Source: Adineta vaga (taxonomy: Eukaryota > Animalia > Rotifera). From it: DNA of 64,000 nucleotides. The stretch covers positions 2,046,001 to 2,110,000 of the forward strand of contig CP075492.1 of assembly GCA_021613535.1 (NCBI GenBank), in the 5' to 3' direction. The notes under the pieces were generated by a model. That model was not told the DNA's origin, did no database searches, and worked only from the letters and a program-made list of their open reading frames with translations. Positions 41,701 through 53,503 of the stretch are shown here, piece by piece (position 1 is the first letter of the stretch; every line of letters starts with the position of its first letter). The translations under genes and the position numbers were made by a program.

Positions 41701-42022
41701 AATACACTATTTAGCAAGCTGTTGAGTGAATGTCTATGGATGAGACCATATTAAAAGTATGTATCCCGCAGAAATCATAAATGAACAGCTAGAAAAAAGG
41801 ATTAAATTTAACAACATCTGATTAAGTACCTAGTACACATGTACTATAGTACCGGCACTAAGTACGTTGTACTGGAGTACAATGTACTGAAGTGCCAGTA
41901 CTAAGTACACAAGCTAAGTAAAAAGTATATGTACTTGTACTGCACATTTTTACTAAGTACTAGAGATTTTTAAGCAAAAAGTACGAAAAGTACCAAGTCC
42001 TGTACTAAGTATCCAATCACTG
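38714..42022 (+). mobile_element. hAT DNA transposon
   Basis: TIR CAGTGATTGGA...TCCAATCACTG, dense subterminal AGTAC/GTACT repeats, internal transposase. Confidence 0.9.
39262..41325 (+). pseudogene. hAT transposase (BED finger, DDE, dimerization domain) with one premature stop
   Basis: CKPC..HLKRKH, TVDAWSD, VTDNA, CFIHSLQL, TRWNS, SSAPIERVFS; intron 40073-40135; TAA at 41029-41031 is in frame with the C-terminal domain. Confidence 0.9.
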
Positions 42023-43070
42023 TCGGTGATGGACATGGAAACTTAACTAATCAAACAGCCTACAGTATTGGTGTTGATCCGATTGGGATAGCAGCAGGTG
42101 ATTTTGATGGCAACCATCACTTAGATATTGCTGCTACCAATGCTGGTAGCAACAATGTGGATGTGTTGCTTGGCTATGGAAACGGTTCATTTCAAACGTA
42201 CACCAAGTATGAAGCTGGTCCTCAACCTAAATTTCTAGCAGCGGGTGATTTTAACAATGATATGAAACAAGATTTAGTGATCTGCAATTCAAATGGTATC
42301 AGTATACTGCTCGGCACATCACGTGGAAAGTTTTATCAACACAGGAGTTATAAAATGGGATTCGGTCCAGAAGCAGTTGCCGTCGGTGATTTCAATAGAG
42401 ATAGCAACTTAGATTTAGCCATAGTCAATAGAAGATCAAATAACATCATTCTATTCTTTGGTAACGGAAATGGAACCTTTGGAAATCAAACTAAGTATGA
42501 TGTTGGTCGTAGTCCAATCTTCATCGTTGTAGATGATTTCAATCACGATCATTATCTAGATTTAGTGGTCGCCAATACTGATAATAGTAGTATTAGCATA
42601 CTTCTTGGTCACGGTGATGGAACATTCAAGCATGAGGAACAGTTTCCAGCGGGTGGTAATCCAAGTGGTTTAGCAGTGGCGGATTTCAATCATGATAAAA
42701 AGTTGGATTTGGCAGTATCACTCTGGAGCACTGACCCAAATAATGCTGTCGGTGTCCTTCTCGGTAATGGAGATGGTACATTTGCGAAACCAGTTAACTA
42801 CAGAGGTGATCTCTACTCCTCTTACATAACTACCGATGATTTCAACAATTACCGCCATCTCGATCTAGCCGTTGTGAACTTTGCCAGCAACGATATCAGT
42901 CTACTCTTAGGCAATGGTGATTGAACATTTCAGGAGCCGTTGTGTTATCGCATGGGATTCAATCCGACAGCAATGATTATCGGTTCATTTACCAAAAAGC
43001 ACAAAGCTGATTTAGCTGTCACGACACACGATAACAATGCTGTTGCTGTACTACTCAATTCGTGTTTGTA
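42023..43070 (+). pseudogene. FG-GAP/VCBS repeat beta-propeller protein, 5'-truncated, with a premature stop
   Basis: Repeated GDFNxDxxLDLAV...LLGNGDGTF; the reading frame starts at the hAT end; TGA at 42922 is followed by one more repeat ending LLNSCL*. Confidence 0.85.
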
Positions 43071-43180
43071 ACTAATCTTAATAAGGATAATATATCATGA
43101 CTAGATTCTTCTTTCTCTACTGGAAATGCCTCGCACTATAAGTCCTGACATGCTAAAGTATATTCGTTGTTTATCTAAGA

Positions 43181-43250
43181 AAGAGTGTGGGTGGGTGTCG
43201 GATGATACTCTACTTTACTCTACACTCACCCACCCACACCCACACCCTCG
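43181..43250. repeat. Junction element J16
   Basis: aagagtgtgggtgggtgtcgg-loop-acactcacccacccacacccacaccctcg. Confidence 0.85.
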
Positions 43251-43407
43251 GTAAATAGTATGTGTTGTACTTGCACCATCACTTACAAATGTTATTGGTC
43301 TTATCTGAATATGTTATACATCTGCATTTGATGAAATTCATACTCTCATGCGTACTGTACCATGCATATCTATATTCTGAAAGTAAGTAAAGGTAAAAGG
43401 GTAAGGA

Positions 43408-46400
43408 TTATATTTCATCTGTTTTATCAGAGAGAAGACAGAATGCTTCGTTAGGCGCATTTAGAGCAATGGAAAAGTCACGATCAATTATTTCTTGATT
43501 GATCACATGACTGAATTCGCTTGTCGATGTCATCGGTGGTACAATACAGATCAAACGTTTGCAGAGACGTAACATTTCTTCGCTGAGAGTAAGATTAGAT
43601 CCTAGACTATATCTCTGTAAAATACATTGTGAAGTAGGATCATTGATCGTATCAATCAGCTCATTGACAATTTCCATCGATGAAATGATATCGTTCAGGA
43701 CGAGTTGAATCAATATTTCTCCCATCAGATAACGTTGTATCATTGATGATGCTCTAAGATGAGCTATAACATAGTCGATAATCTCTCGTTCGGATACTTC
43801 ATTGATGAATTTAACAAATTTCTGTTCAGTGCTAACACTTTCTAATCTTAATGCGACTTCAAGAATGAAATCAACAGTGTACCAGGTTAAATTACCAAAT
43901 GCCATAACAATTGTAAGAACGTCTTGTTGACAACTGAGAGTCCACTTTTTGGATGCTGACCTAAGCGCTTGGAGGAAGCCCAATTCACCGAGAGAACTCA
44001 TTCGAACAACTTGATGATATCTTTTTAACAAATCCGAATCAATCAACTCGACTGCAATAAGAATATACGCTGGATAATTCTGATGTAAAATAGAATCCTT
44101 ATCAACGGTAATATAACATTTAAAATCCTCAACGAATAATGAAAGTAATCGATCTGGATAATCCGAGATAAGAGAACGAATCTTTCTTTCCGTATTTGGA
44201 CGATGAAAGGAATGTCCATTTTCATCTTGTAAACTGCGCATGAGTAAGTGATAAACAACCTCAACATTCATATCGAAACGTTGTAATAATCCTTCTTGTG
44301 CATAGTTGGATAAGTAATAAAGTGCTAGAAGAGATTGTGCATAAGTTTGAACGAGACATGACTGATGATTTTTGTGCAGTTCAATTAGGGTTGTTTCTAT
44401 TGTCTTATCAGGTGAAAATAGTGGCTCTGGTTGTTGAATGTATCGATAAGTCAAAGAGCAGAGAGATATAACTAGTACTTTAGTTGAATATTCACATTGT
44501 TTTTGCTTCGTTGCTGTTTGTGATACAATTTCCCAAAATAGTTCATGCACTATTATCATTTGCTTTCGAAATTCTTTATTCGGCATAACAGATACAGGTC
44601 GAATAACTTCAGCTAATACTTGAGCTGCAATTTCTTGAATTGGGACAATTTGACAAGTCTTTAATAAGTTAATAAGAAATAGTTGATATGTCGAATCTTC
44701 TGAGAAAAGTGTGATAGATTCGAGAATGTTTGAACGACGTTGAACAAGAAAATGCACACCATGGGAAATTAAATTGATAATATATTCGATATCAAATGCT
44801 GTTGTATTTTTCGAATCATTGAAAAGTAAGATAAGTGAATGAATATGTTCAATAAAATGATTAAGAGTATCCCTTTCACATTGTCCAATAAATTTAAGGA
44901 AACTTAATTGTTTAAGATTATCTGAAATACTATTTCGTGTATGAAATCTATCATATTCTATTCGGAGTAATATTTCTAGATCTTCTAATTGGCTGATTTT
45001 TATGATATTGTACAGCATAGAACTACAATTAAACAATGATTTTTCAATATAACTGGAAGTATTGTTCATTAATATATGAAGAATATCGATGTGAAATGGA
45101 ATAAATACAGGATATTGAAAAAATTCACGAGATTGTTGCCTGAGTTTATCGTCTGAACTTTCTAATGATGTACAAATCATTTGAACAATGAACGATGAAA
45201 ATACACCTTTTTCAGCGAGCGATAAACATTGACGTTGAATAAATAAAAATAGATGTGGAGAATCTTTCAATAATCCAAATAATTGTTCAGTTTCTGTTAT
45301 TGTATATTGTTCATTACATAACTGAATGCTAACTTTTTTCCAGTCAGCTTCACTTATTGCCGTCAACTTCACTTCCATTTGTTTATATGATTTCAACAGC
45401 TCTAATGTCTCGACATGCGTGGTGATGTTATCTGACAAATATTTGGAGGAAAATAAATCAATCTTAGTGTTTTCAGTCGAATAATAGTACTGAAAGACTT
45501 GAGCATCGACAGCAATCTCGGCGAGATAGAGCGACGCAAACAAAAATGTATGTCCTGAATGTTTTCTAGACGACCAAATTGTATCATCATCAAAACATTT
45601 TCCAATTGATGTTGATGTTCGCGATGCATAATCTATTACAGCTTTCGAAGGAACAAATGCATCACCAAAATTATCAGAGAGCGCTCTATACACAGCTTGA
45701 ATATCTTCAGTACAAAGAGAACCGTCATTAAAGCATTGTAGAAGTGCATTGTAACGACATTGAAATGATTTTCGAAAAGCATCTCTCATTGTAAAACTAT
45801 GCACTAGTAACAAACAGCTGATTAAAGGAGATTTATTGATGGATTGTACTTCAAAACAAACAGAAATATTTCGTAACAAAATCTGACGGAAATCATTTTT
45901 CATTTGTTCTTGAGAGCGCAAACGCCACAGAGATGCGACAGTGAGCGCGCGAAAATTGATATTTTTAATTGCAACAATAATTCGACAAATTTCATCTGGT
46001 TGATAGTTCCGGCAAAGACGTATTAAACAAATAGCTGAGATAAAAAGTTGTTCATCGTGGCATTTTTCCTTGTTCTTTCCTATTATATGTTCGGTTCGAG
46101 TACGTTCTTGATTCACAGCTGTTTGTATGGCATTCGACGTGCTGAGATCAATGTATTGAGGATAATTTTTAAAATCAAAAGACATTTCAGTTCGAAGACG
46201 AGCAAGAAGGACGACCATGTAACTTCTGAAACCATTTTCAATGAGAATTGGTTCGAGAAGTGATAAAATAAAAGGATGTAAATGATGGCTGATTTTCGTT
46301 TCTATGTAACATAAAATTTGGTAAAGAAAAAATACAAATGGAATTTTGTGATCATCTTCGTTGATATTATGATTTTTTATCAAATTATTGGCAATCAAAC

Positions 46401-49400
46401 GTTCGTAGAGAAACTGCATTGAACGAGGTATAAATGCTAGAAGAACAGAATTAGATGTTTTTTTCAATATTGTTGTTAATGTTTTCTTGAATAATGATGT
46501 CAGTGAAAAATAGTGTTGAATGATACAAAGACGAAGAACACCTGGAGCACGACTTAAGAAATCGTTCGTTTCGATCGTACCCAACTTCGTTGATAGCCTA
46601 ATACAGGCTGGTTTAACTTTCCGCCAACTATTTTGCCGTAAAAGAACTGGATTAGTCGCTTTTGTTAAACGTACAAAACTTATTCCTACCGATTCAATAA
46701 ATTCACAGATATCATTTTCATTTCGAACGGACACACTAACAAAATCAGTCATCACAGAATGAATCCAAGTTGACAATAATGTTGCCTGTCCTTGAATACA
46801 GACAAACATTTGACGTAAATAGAAAAGAACACGTTTGAATCGTTCGATTGCGATAGGAAATGCTGCATAAGTAGAATATGCAAAAAATTCTGATGGCTTT
46901 TTCAAGCCTCGAAGACAAATAAGAGCCATTATCAGATCGATCGAATCTATTGTCACATCTAATGGTGAAGTTCTTTTTAAGTGTTGTTCACATGTATCAA
47001 TAAGTTGCTGTGTATTGCTCATATATCCACCACTATGACTTTGATTAATATATTCAATTAGCAATGAAGATACTATTGAATCTCGATACATACAATGTGG
47101 ATTGAATTTTAATAATAATTCATCATCTCCACGATAGCGAAACAATCCACCATAAATAGCAATGATGAGAGCAACAACAGTTGAATGTAAATGCCAGATT
47201 GGTAGTTTCTTCTCTAATAAATACTCTTGAAAACTGTGTTTGGATATGGATATTGATCCGTCCTGTATCATGTGAATTCGACGCAAAGTTTGGTCCAAAA
47301 TATATTCCGCATTTGGATACCTCTGGATTAATTCATGTAGTTGCTGAGTAAAAAATAATCCCATCCATTTTGGTAGGTTAAGTTTAACTTCATCTCCCCA
47401 TACTATATCTTGTGCCAAGTCATCGAGCCCTTTATTTGGAAGTTCAGTGAGTCTTATAACAAGTTTGCAGAAGGATTCGATGTGCATTTCGCAAGCCAGA
47501 TAATCTGCTAACCAATTTTTAGCTAAGATAACGTTCTCCAACGTACGACTCAATGTGGAATCAAATACTTTACTATAATCCAAACTTACTGCAGTATAGA
47601 ATGCTCGAAATAACGTCGTCTTCGATGGTAAATTGACGAGATCATGCGCTGATTCCAAGAGAAGGAGAGCACCCAGTGGTATGGATGTCTTTTTAAGTTC
47701 CGTAAGTTCGCAACAGAGTGAATCGAATTCATCAGCACTCATTTGATAGCTCGCTAAGCTAAGTGCAAAAATGAGTGGTTCTCTAAAGCGTGGAGCTAAA
47801 GTGTGCTCAATAAGTCGTGTTCCTATTCGAATAGTAGATAATGATATCGAGACATTATCATGACCATTCGATTCATTGATTGGTGTTATTAAAGCAAGAG
47901 CAACAAAATATTCTTGAAATGTACGATGAACAAATCCGTATGTACCCAAGTTGGACACGACTACGATATCTACATTAGAATTCAATGTTTCAATCAAAGC
48001 TTCAAGTTGAGAACTTAAAACTAAGCGATCTGAGACGACCGAAGATGAATGACTGTGGATTGTTTGCAATGAAACGTTACATAAACGCCTGAGATCAAAT
48101 GTGTCAATGAGTCCAGATAGCGATTTTCGATGAAGATAATAGGCTAGCTGTGATAAGATTTGAATGAATGTACGTTCAGATAACGTAGCTGATGTTCTCC
48201 AGCTCGATGCCCATAAAGGTATAGTGGAATGAACGCAATTACAATATAATATGGCTTTTTGACTGGATAGTGTATTTTCGTTCAAAATCGCTGAACATAA
48301 TAATGAGAGAGTCGCGGGAACTGAGAAAGTATGTTCAGTACGATATCGTTTTTGCCAAAAGTATTCATCGAAGCTCTGATTCGTTGAAATTTCATCATTT
48401 TCATCAAAAAGTTTTATTAAGATAGTCAGTACATAAGAAGATAAAGTTTTTTCAATGTGTTCGCTTGTTTTGAATGTTAGACTATGTGTAGTAGCTCTGC
48501 AAATAATTTTCCTGCTCAGCTGATTGATCCAATGATTAACAAAATGAGTAGATTCTTCTTTTGTCAGAGGCGAAAGGAAATAGGGCTTGATAGCTCCGCT
48601 TTTCCATTGATACAGACTGTATTCCATAAAACGACTAGTAATTATGATTTGATTACCTTCAGCGATTTTATCAACATATTTATCTTCAAGATGAACTAAT
48701 TCTGTATCATCGAATGCTGATACTTGATGAGGTGAGCGTAGATATTCACTAATAAATTCAATGACCAGACGCTGAACACAAATTTCCTGTTCAAATGTAG
48801 TCATTTCATCGAGTCCATCAAGAAGAATCAATGCTCGACCTTGACATACAGCACACTTTAGAGTAGCTTCATGTTCATCAGACATATACTGCTCACCCAA
48901 CCATGTTTGAAAACCGATATAATCGAAGAGTTTTGCATCAGGATACTTTGTTAACCATTTTATGAATTCACTGATACGAATGAGAATAGGAACACGTACT
49001 GAGTCGATCTTTTTATCATTCACACAAATACTCTGATGTCCTTCAACAAGTGAACGAGCATTCTGCACTATTAACCAACGCAAAAGTGATGTTTTACCAC
49101 TTCCAGGAGCGCCGAGAAGCATAATCCATCTGTTAGATCGAAGTATATGATGAAGTGAATGTGTGCCATTAAAGGAGTGTTTCTCTACATTAATGGAAGG
49201 TATGAAGTTACGCGAAGTAAAATCAGTTTTTTTCCTATTTTCATCTGACATGATCTGCAAACTTTGACGTGAACAGTTCAATGAAATACTGAGCGAGCCA
49301 AGTTTTTCGTCAAGAAAATGTATCTGCTCTGCGGTGAGATCTGATTGTTCAATAGGCGGCAAAGAAAGACGTGTAAGGATATCTCTTGTACTAATACTGA

Positions 49401-49884
49401 GATTATGTGTTTTTATATTCGAATGAAGTGCAATGCATTTGAAAAAATAATTCTCCATCAATTCTTTATTGCAGTTGAATCTACCAAGAGGTTTTTCAAC
49501 CAATCGAGTTATTCGTTCCTCAAGTGTTTTTTCAAAGTCCATTATTGTGTGAAAACGAACCCAGGCGGGATCGTTCGATTGGATCATCTCTTCGATATTA
49601 GTGGATAACAAATAACTAATTATTTCACGTCGTTTTTTCCATTCGGACTCGTATACAGAATTATATTTGAGATCAATTCGTTGCACTCGTCGACAAAATA
49701 AACGTATCCATTCATGATTACGTTGAGAATCGTGCATATATTGAAAAATCAGACACTGAATATCCTCGATGAAAACTTGCAATGCTCGGCGAACATCTTC
49801 ACTAATCTTCTCGTTTTTTTGCTGTTTCTGACTATGAGCTAAAAAAGTTCTTAGTGATGTTGTAATTTGATCAGTTTCACTCAT
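43408..49884 (-). CDS. Large intronless NACHT (STAND) NTPase with a long helical C-terminal region
   Basis: Walker A GAPGSGKT, Walker B LILLDGLDE, IIITSR, winged-helix FVHRTFQEYFVA; 2158-aa uninterrupted ORF. Confidence 0.9.
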   Translation of the reverse strand: MSETDQITTSLRTFLAHSQKQQKNEKISEDVRRALQVFIEDIQCLIFQYMHDSQRNHEWIRLFCRRVQRIDLKYNSVYESEWKKRREIISYLLSTNIEEMIQSNDPAWVRFHTIMDFEKTLEERITRLVEKPLGRFNCNKELMENYFFKCIALHSNIKTHNLSISTRDILTRLSLPPIEQSDLTAEQIHFLDEKLGSLSISLNCSRQSLQIMSDENRKKTDFTSRNFIPSINVEKHSFNGTHSLHHILRSNRWIMLLGAPGSGKTSLLRWLIVQNARSLVEGHQSICVNDKKIDSVRVPILIRISEFIKWLTKYPDAKLFDYIGFQTWLGEQYMSDEHEATLKCAVCQGRALILLDGLDEMTTFEQEICVQRLVIEFISEYLRSPHQVSAFDDTELVHLEDKYVDKIAEGNQIIITSRFMEYSLYQWKSGAIKPYFLSPLTKEESTHFVNHWINQLSRKIICRATTHSLTFKTSEHIEKTLSSYVLTILIKLFDENDEISTNQSFDEYFWQKRYRTEHTFSVPATLSLLCSAILNENTLSSQKAILYCNCVHSTIPLWASSWRTSATLSERTFIQILSQLAYYLHRKSLSGLIDTFDLRRLCNVSLQTIHSHSSSVVSDRLVLSSQLEALIETLNSNVDIVVVSNLGTYGFVHRTFQEYFVALALITPINESNGHDNVSISLSTIRIGTRLIEHTLAPRFREPLIFALSLASYQMSADEFDSLCCELTELKKTSIPLGALLLLESAHDLVNLPSKTTLFRAFYTAVSLDYSKVFDSTLSRTLENVILAKNWLADYLACEMHIESFCKLVIRLTELPNKGLDDLAQDIVWGDEVKLNLPKWMGLFFTQQLHELIQRYPNAEYILDQTLRRIHMIQDGSISISKHSFQEYLLEKKLPIWHLHSTVVALIIAIYGGLFRYRGDDELLLKFNPHCMYRDSIVSSLLIEYINQSHSGGYMSNTQQLIDTCEQHLKRTSPLDVTIDSIDLIMALICLRGLKKPSEFFAYSTYAAFPIAIERFKRVLFYLRQMFVCIQGQATLLSTWIHSVMTDFVSVSVRNENDICEFIESVGISFVRLTKATNPVLLRQNSWRKVKPACIRLSTKLGTIETNDFLSRAPGVLRLCIIQHYFSLTSLFKKTLTTILKKTSNSVLLAFIPRSMQFLYERLIANNLIKNHNINEDDHKIPFVFFLYQILCYIETKISHHLHPFILSLLEPILIENGFRSYMVVLLARLRTEMSFDFKNYPQYIDLSTSNAIQTAVNQERTRTEHIIGKNKEKCHDEQLFISAICLIRLCRNYQPDEICRIIVAIKNINFRALTVASLWRLRSQEQMKNDFRQILLRNISVCFEVQSINKSPLISCLLLVHSFTMRDAFRKSFQCRYNALLQCFNDGSLCTEDIQAVYRALSDNFGDAFVPSKAVIDYASRTSTSIGKCFDDDTIWSSRKHSGHTFLFASLYLAEIAVDAQVFQYYYSTENTKIDLFSSKYLSDNITTHVETLELLKSYKQMEVKLTAISEADWKKVSIQLCNEQYTITETEQLFGLLKDSPHLFLFIQRQCLSLAEKGVFSSFIVQMICTSLESSDDKLRQQSREFFQYPVFIPFHIDILHILMNNTSSYIEKSLFNCSSMLYNIIKISQLEDLEILLRIEYDRFHTRNSISDNLKQLSFLKFIGQCERDTLNHFIEHIHSLILLFNDSKNTTAFDIEYIINLISHGVHFLVQRRSNILESITLFSEDSTYQLFLINLLKTCQIVPIQEIAAQVLAEVIRPVSVMPNKEFRKQMIIVHELFWEIVSQTATKQKQCEYSTKVLVISLCSLTYRYIQQPEPLFSPDKTIETTLIELHKNHQSCLVQTYAQSLLALYYLSNYAQEGLLQRFDMNVEVVYHLLMRSLQDENGHSFHRPNTERKIRSLISDYPDRLLSLFVEDFKCYITVDKDSILHQNYPAYILIAVELIDSDLLKRYHQVVRMSSLGELGFLQALRSASKKWTLSCQQDVLTIVMAFGNLTWYTVDFILEVALRLESVSTEQKFVKFINEVSEREIIDYVIAHLRASSMIQRYLMGEILIQLVLNDIISSMEIVNELIDTINDPTSQCILQRYSLGSNLTLSEEMLRLCKRLICIVPPMTSTSEFSHVINQEIIDRDFSIALNAPNEAFCLLSDKTDEI

Positions 49885-50182
49885 CCGAAAAGCACAATTC
49901 TCATGTGTTTATTTCTAAAATAAATAATTATCAAACAAAATGCTTTAACTATACTTCCTTCACATCAGCAATACACAGAATCACTAAATAGTACTTTTCA
50001 TTCTTTAACGTTTTTTTTATGGCTACAACAAACAAGCAATGACTCTATACAACTTGTGAAATACTTCCTTTCTCTACTGGTATTTTTTTGAAAGAAAAAA
50101 GAAAAATATGTTACTCTACTTGCTTTTCACCATGCACTCGACAAAAAAATACCGTCAACACAGTTTTTATCATAAGAAAGTG

Positions 50183-50254
50183 CATCTTGAGGGTGTGGGG
50201 TGGGTGTAGATGATAAGCTAGTCCTCACCTTCATCAACACCCACGCCCACACCC
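50183..50254. repeat. Junction element J17
   Basis: catcttgagggtgtggggtgggtgt-loop-aacacccacgcccacaccc. Confidence 0.9.
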
Positions 50255-50396
50255 TTTTGTGCCTTGGAGATTGTGAATCAGCATCGTCATAGAATAGTTA
50301 TTTTGAAAAGAATTAGAAAAAAAAAGTTTATGTATTCTAAAATAGAAGTATTTGAAATTATTCAGACAGTTAAAAAATATAAAGATCAAACGTAGT

Positions 50397-51444
50397 TTAT
50401 TTAAACTGGTACATCAGATCAAGAATTCGATTACGAATCGATAATCGAAAGAAGTCTATTATGTGAAAATAATCTTCTAGAAAATCTTCATGTTCTTTCA
50501 TATATATTGGTCCTTTGATGAATGATATTACTTGATAAATTGAATAGAGTAACCATCGTCTTGGAGTCATTAAGAGATGAACAAATGAATGTTTCAATGT
50601 TCCATAACACGAGACAATCACATCATTTACAATCAACGTTCCTTCAAGTGTAAGCGGTGCATATGCATCAAATAGTTTTATATGATTTTTCTGAACGATT
50701 TTCGCTTCAATAGGCAAATAAACATAATTTCGCATTAAATATAAATAATCTCCAATTTGAACTTGTTCTGCAAAGATATATATCGGTTGAGATTGATTTT
50801 TCTTTTTAATTAATAATGAATGTTTTGGAGTTATTTGTAATGGTTTAATATTAACATTAGATTCGAATAGAATTTCAAGATAATCAATAGGAGAATCATT
50901 GTTATACTTTTGAAATATATCCATTGCGAGAATTGGACTTGAACGAATTTCAATTTGTTTGTTTCTTCTGTGATGGGCAACAAGGATTTCATCACCTATT
51001 TTTACATCACGTATTTTTATTCGAGATCCATCTTCTTTGACTAAAAGCCCACTACCATCAAAGCAAACTACAGAAAAAAAAGAACTATTCTATAAGAATG
51101 CTCTCTGAATATGACTAATTACTTGGTCTTTTCGTCGTGGTTATTGTTATTGTCACTGGAGGAATTGGTGAAGTGCGTTTTATAAAGATATATGTGAAAG
51201 CGATTATAACAGCTAATATAATTATTCCACCAACAACAATTGCTGTTATGATAATAGCTTCACAAGGATGTCTTCCAGAGGATGTTTCTCGCTGATTTTC
51301 ATTAGTAGAGGATGGTGTTTTAATAGCAATATTAGGTGCTGTAGGATATTGATTTGGGATCGGTTGTTGATAATTCGTTGTTTGATGATAGAGTGGTGGT
51401 GAGAGCAATTGATCTTTTAAATATGGTTCTTCAGATCTCGACAT
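50397..51444 (-). CDS. Membrane-anchored Hog (Hint + SRR-like) domain protein, 2 exons
   Basis: 55-nt GT-AG intron 51068-51122 joins the TM exon to CFDGSGLL..IRDVKIGDEIL..ITPKHSL..AYAPLTLEGTLIVNDVIVSCYG. Confidence 0.85.
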
Positions 51445-52391
51445 TATCGAACGTAATTGACAATGTATTTGTTGTTGTTCGTGAAGGGATAGTTACGTTT
51501 TAAATGAGTAAAGCATCACTTGAATAACACACTTTCTTTTACCTTTTCTTCCCTATGCAAATAGAAAATAATAATAACGAGATGAAAATCATGACCATGT
51601 GCGCTTAATGGTAGGTATAATTTCTAGTTACATGTATACAAACTCGAGAAGATTGAAAAAATAACACACGTAAAATAAGGTTGGCGTCACACAAAATTGA
51701 AGCAAATTTGTTTTTCTGATTTTTATACGTAATTCGATGCAGTTTGATGATAGGGTTTTAAAAACTTTTGCTATAGCTTTGAAAGTTTTTCCTCCTGATT
51801 CTAGGACACCACTTTCTGGCTGTTCAGTGCATATCTTTCTCATTGAAAATGCATCAACTCATTTTCTAGTGAAGATAGACGATTTTTTCTTTCACCATTC
51901 GACTTGCTGGATGTCCCAGATATATTCTACGTATTTTCCTTCCTTCATCCACATTCGTTATCAAGACTTCCTCGTTATTCTTCGATGTTTGTTATCGTAC
52001 ACCAGTTTTTTTATTTTTAACACCATTTTTCACTTAATTTATTTTTTCTAGTCAAATTATACGTTTAGAATGATTAAGATCTTTGTGATGATCATTTCAA
52101 ATACCTATCGAACTATTTTTTTAATATTCATACTTATGTGCCATCCTTGTAGGCTATATGGAGTCATATCAGCACCTGGCATCCCCTTTTCAGAATGATC
52201 TGAATAAGATATTTGAGTTTATCTATTCGTTTATATGATATTCATAGATATGACTATCCGTCATCGATCAGGTCTATCATAGATACACACAGAAAGCCCT
52301 CTTTTAAAAGATCACATTAATTTCTTTGATTTCCTATTATCGTTAGATTCTTTTGATCTTTTATCTTTATTATACTTCATTATGTCTCAAA

Positions 52392-52470
52392 GATCGACGG
52401 TGCGGATGACAGTAAAGGTAAACATAAAAAGTTTATCCGACACCCTCACGCATCGGGTACCTCCGCTAGT
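52392..52470. repeat. Degenerate junction element J18 followed by a Helitron 3'-end remnant
   Basis: gacggtgcggatg-loop-atccgacaccctcac, then cgggtacctccgctagt. Confidence 0.4.
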
Positions 52471-52655
52471 CGATAATAAAAACAAACAAGTTCTTAATCA
52501 TACCAATAAATAAGCTTCGTTTCACTTTTCATTAGCGTACATTCGTTTATTGCTCTATACTAGAACTTTATCTATGTTCAAGATATTTATATGAATACTG
52601 GTGTACTAAAATTCGCACTATTGCAGAGTCGCTTATCATACATCATAGTCCTTAT

Positions 52656-53387
52656 CCCAGGTCGAACAATCCGGACCGGAACTAACCGGTTCCAGCACCT
52701 TCCGGGTATTTCATGGAATCAGTGTTCCAGATCGAAATTTATCGGACGGAATCCATTCGTTTGCGATCATATCCTCACGGAAAATATCGTAACAATGCGG
52801 AAAAAAACCTAAAAAATCCACCTATAACCGAAAAATCGGAAACCGAAAAGAAACTAGCAGATCCCGAACAAATTTTCCGACCATTCCGATAATTTTTTTT
52901 CTTTAATCGAGCCACCATTATTGAAAAAAAATACAATCCTATTTGCAATCTTCTTCTCCAACTTACTACGCCTTCGCCGTATTGTGTTATGAATTTTCAA
53001 GAGAATTAGTGTCGGATTTTAATGCCAATCCACGACCTGTTTTATAAGAACATTTTGCACCACCCCAAACCATTACCGGGAGGATTTTGAAAGGATTGAT
53101 AATCCGACTTTCATCCTGTGAAAAATCCTGTCTGTAATGACCATGTCTTAGAATATTTTGATTAAGTTTTGATAGGGATGAAAAATCCGATTTTCATCCT
53201 CTCAAAAATCTTATTGAGATTTGCGAAAAGTGGTTGTTGTGGCAGGATTTCGTGGGCTTTCGTAGGCTTTGTGTGTTTCCGAGCGGTAACGGAAGGAATG
53301 TTCAGCACCCGAATGTTGGACGTTTATCGTTTCCGGTTGTCGGAACCGTGTGGATTGGTACGGATTTATTCGAAATGCATAGGAATT
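52656..53387. mobile_element. CCCAGGTCGA-type MITE with its right end missing
   Basis: Left terminus cccaggtcgaac; no CCTGGG terminus before J19. Confidence 0.55.
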
Positions 53388-53503
53388 TTCAGGGTTTGGG
53401 TGTGGCTGTGCCAGATACAACTAGTACTCACACCCACCCCCACTCACACCCACACCCCCACCCACACCCACACCCAGACACCCACACCCACTCACCCTCA
53501 AGA
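53388..53503. repeat. Junction element J19 with a long (CCCACA)n arm
   Basis: ttcagggtttgggtgtggctgtg-loop-~12 degenerate CCCACA units-ccctcaagac. Confidence 0.9.

Noticed and set aside
44043-49608. Short ORFs overlapping the NACHT gene (and similar ones over the GPCRs)
   Set aside because: Antisense or alternate-frame shadows of long genes.
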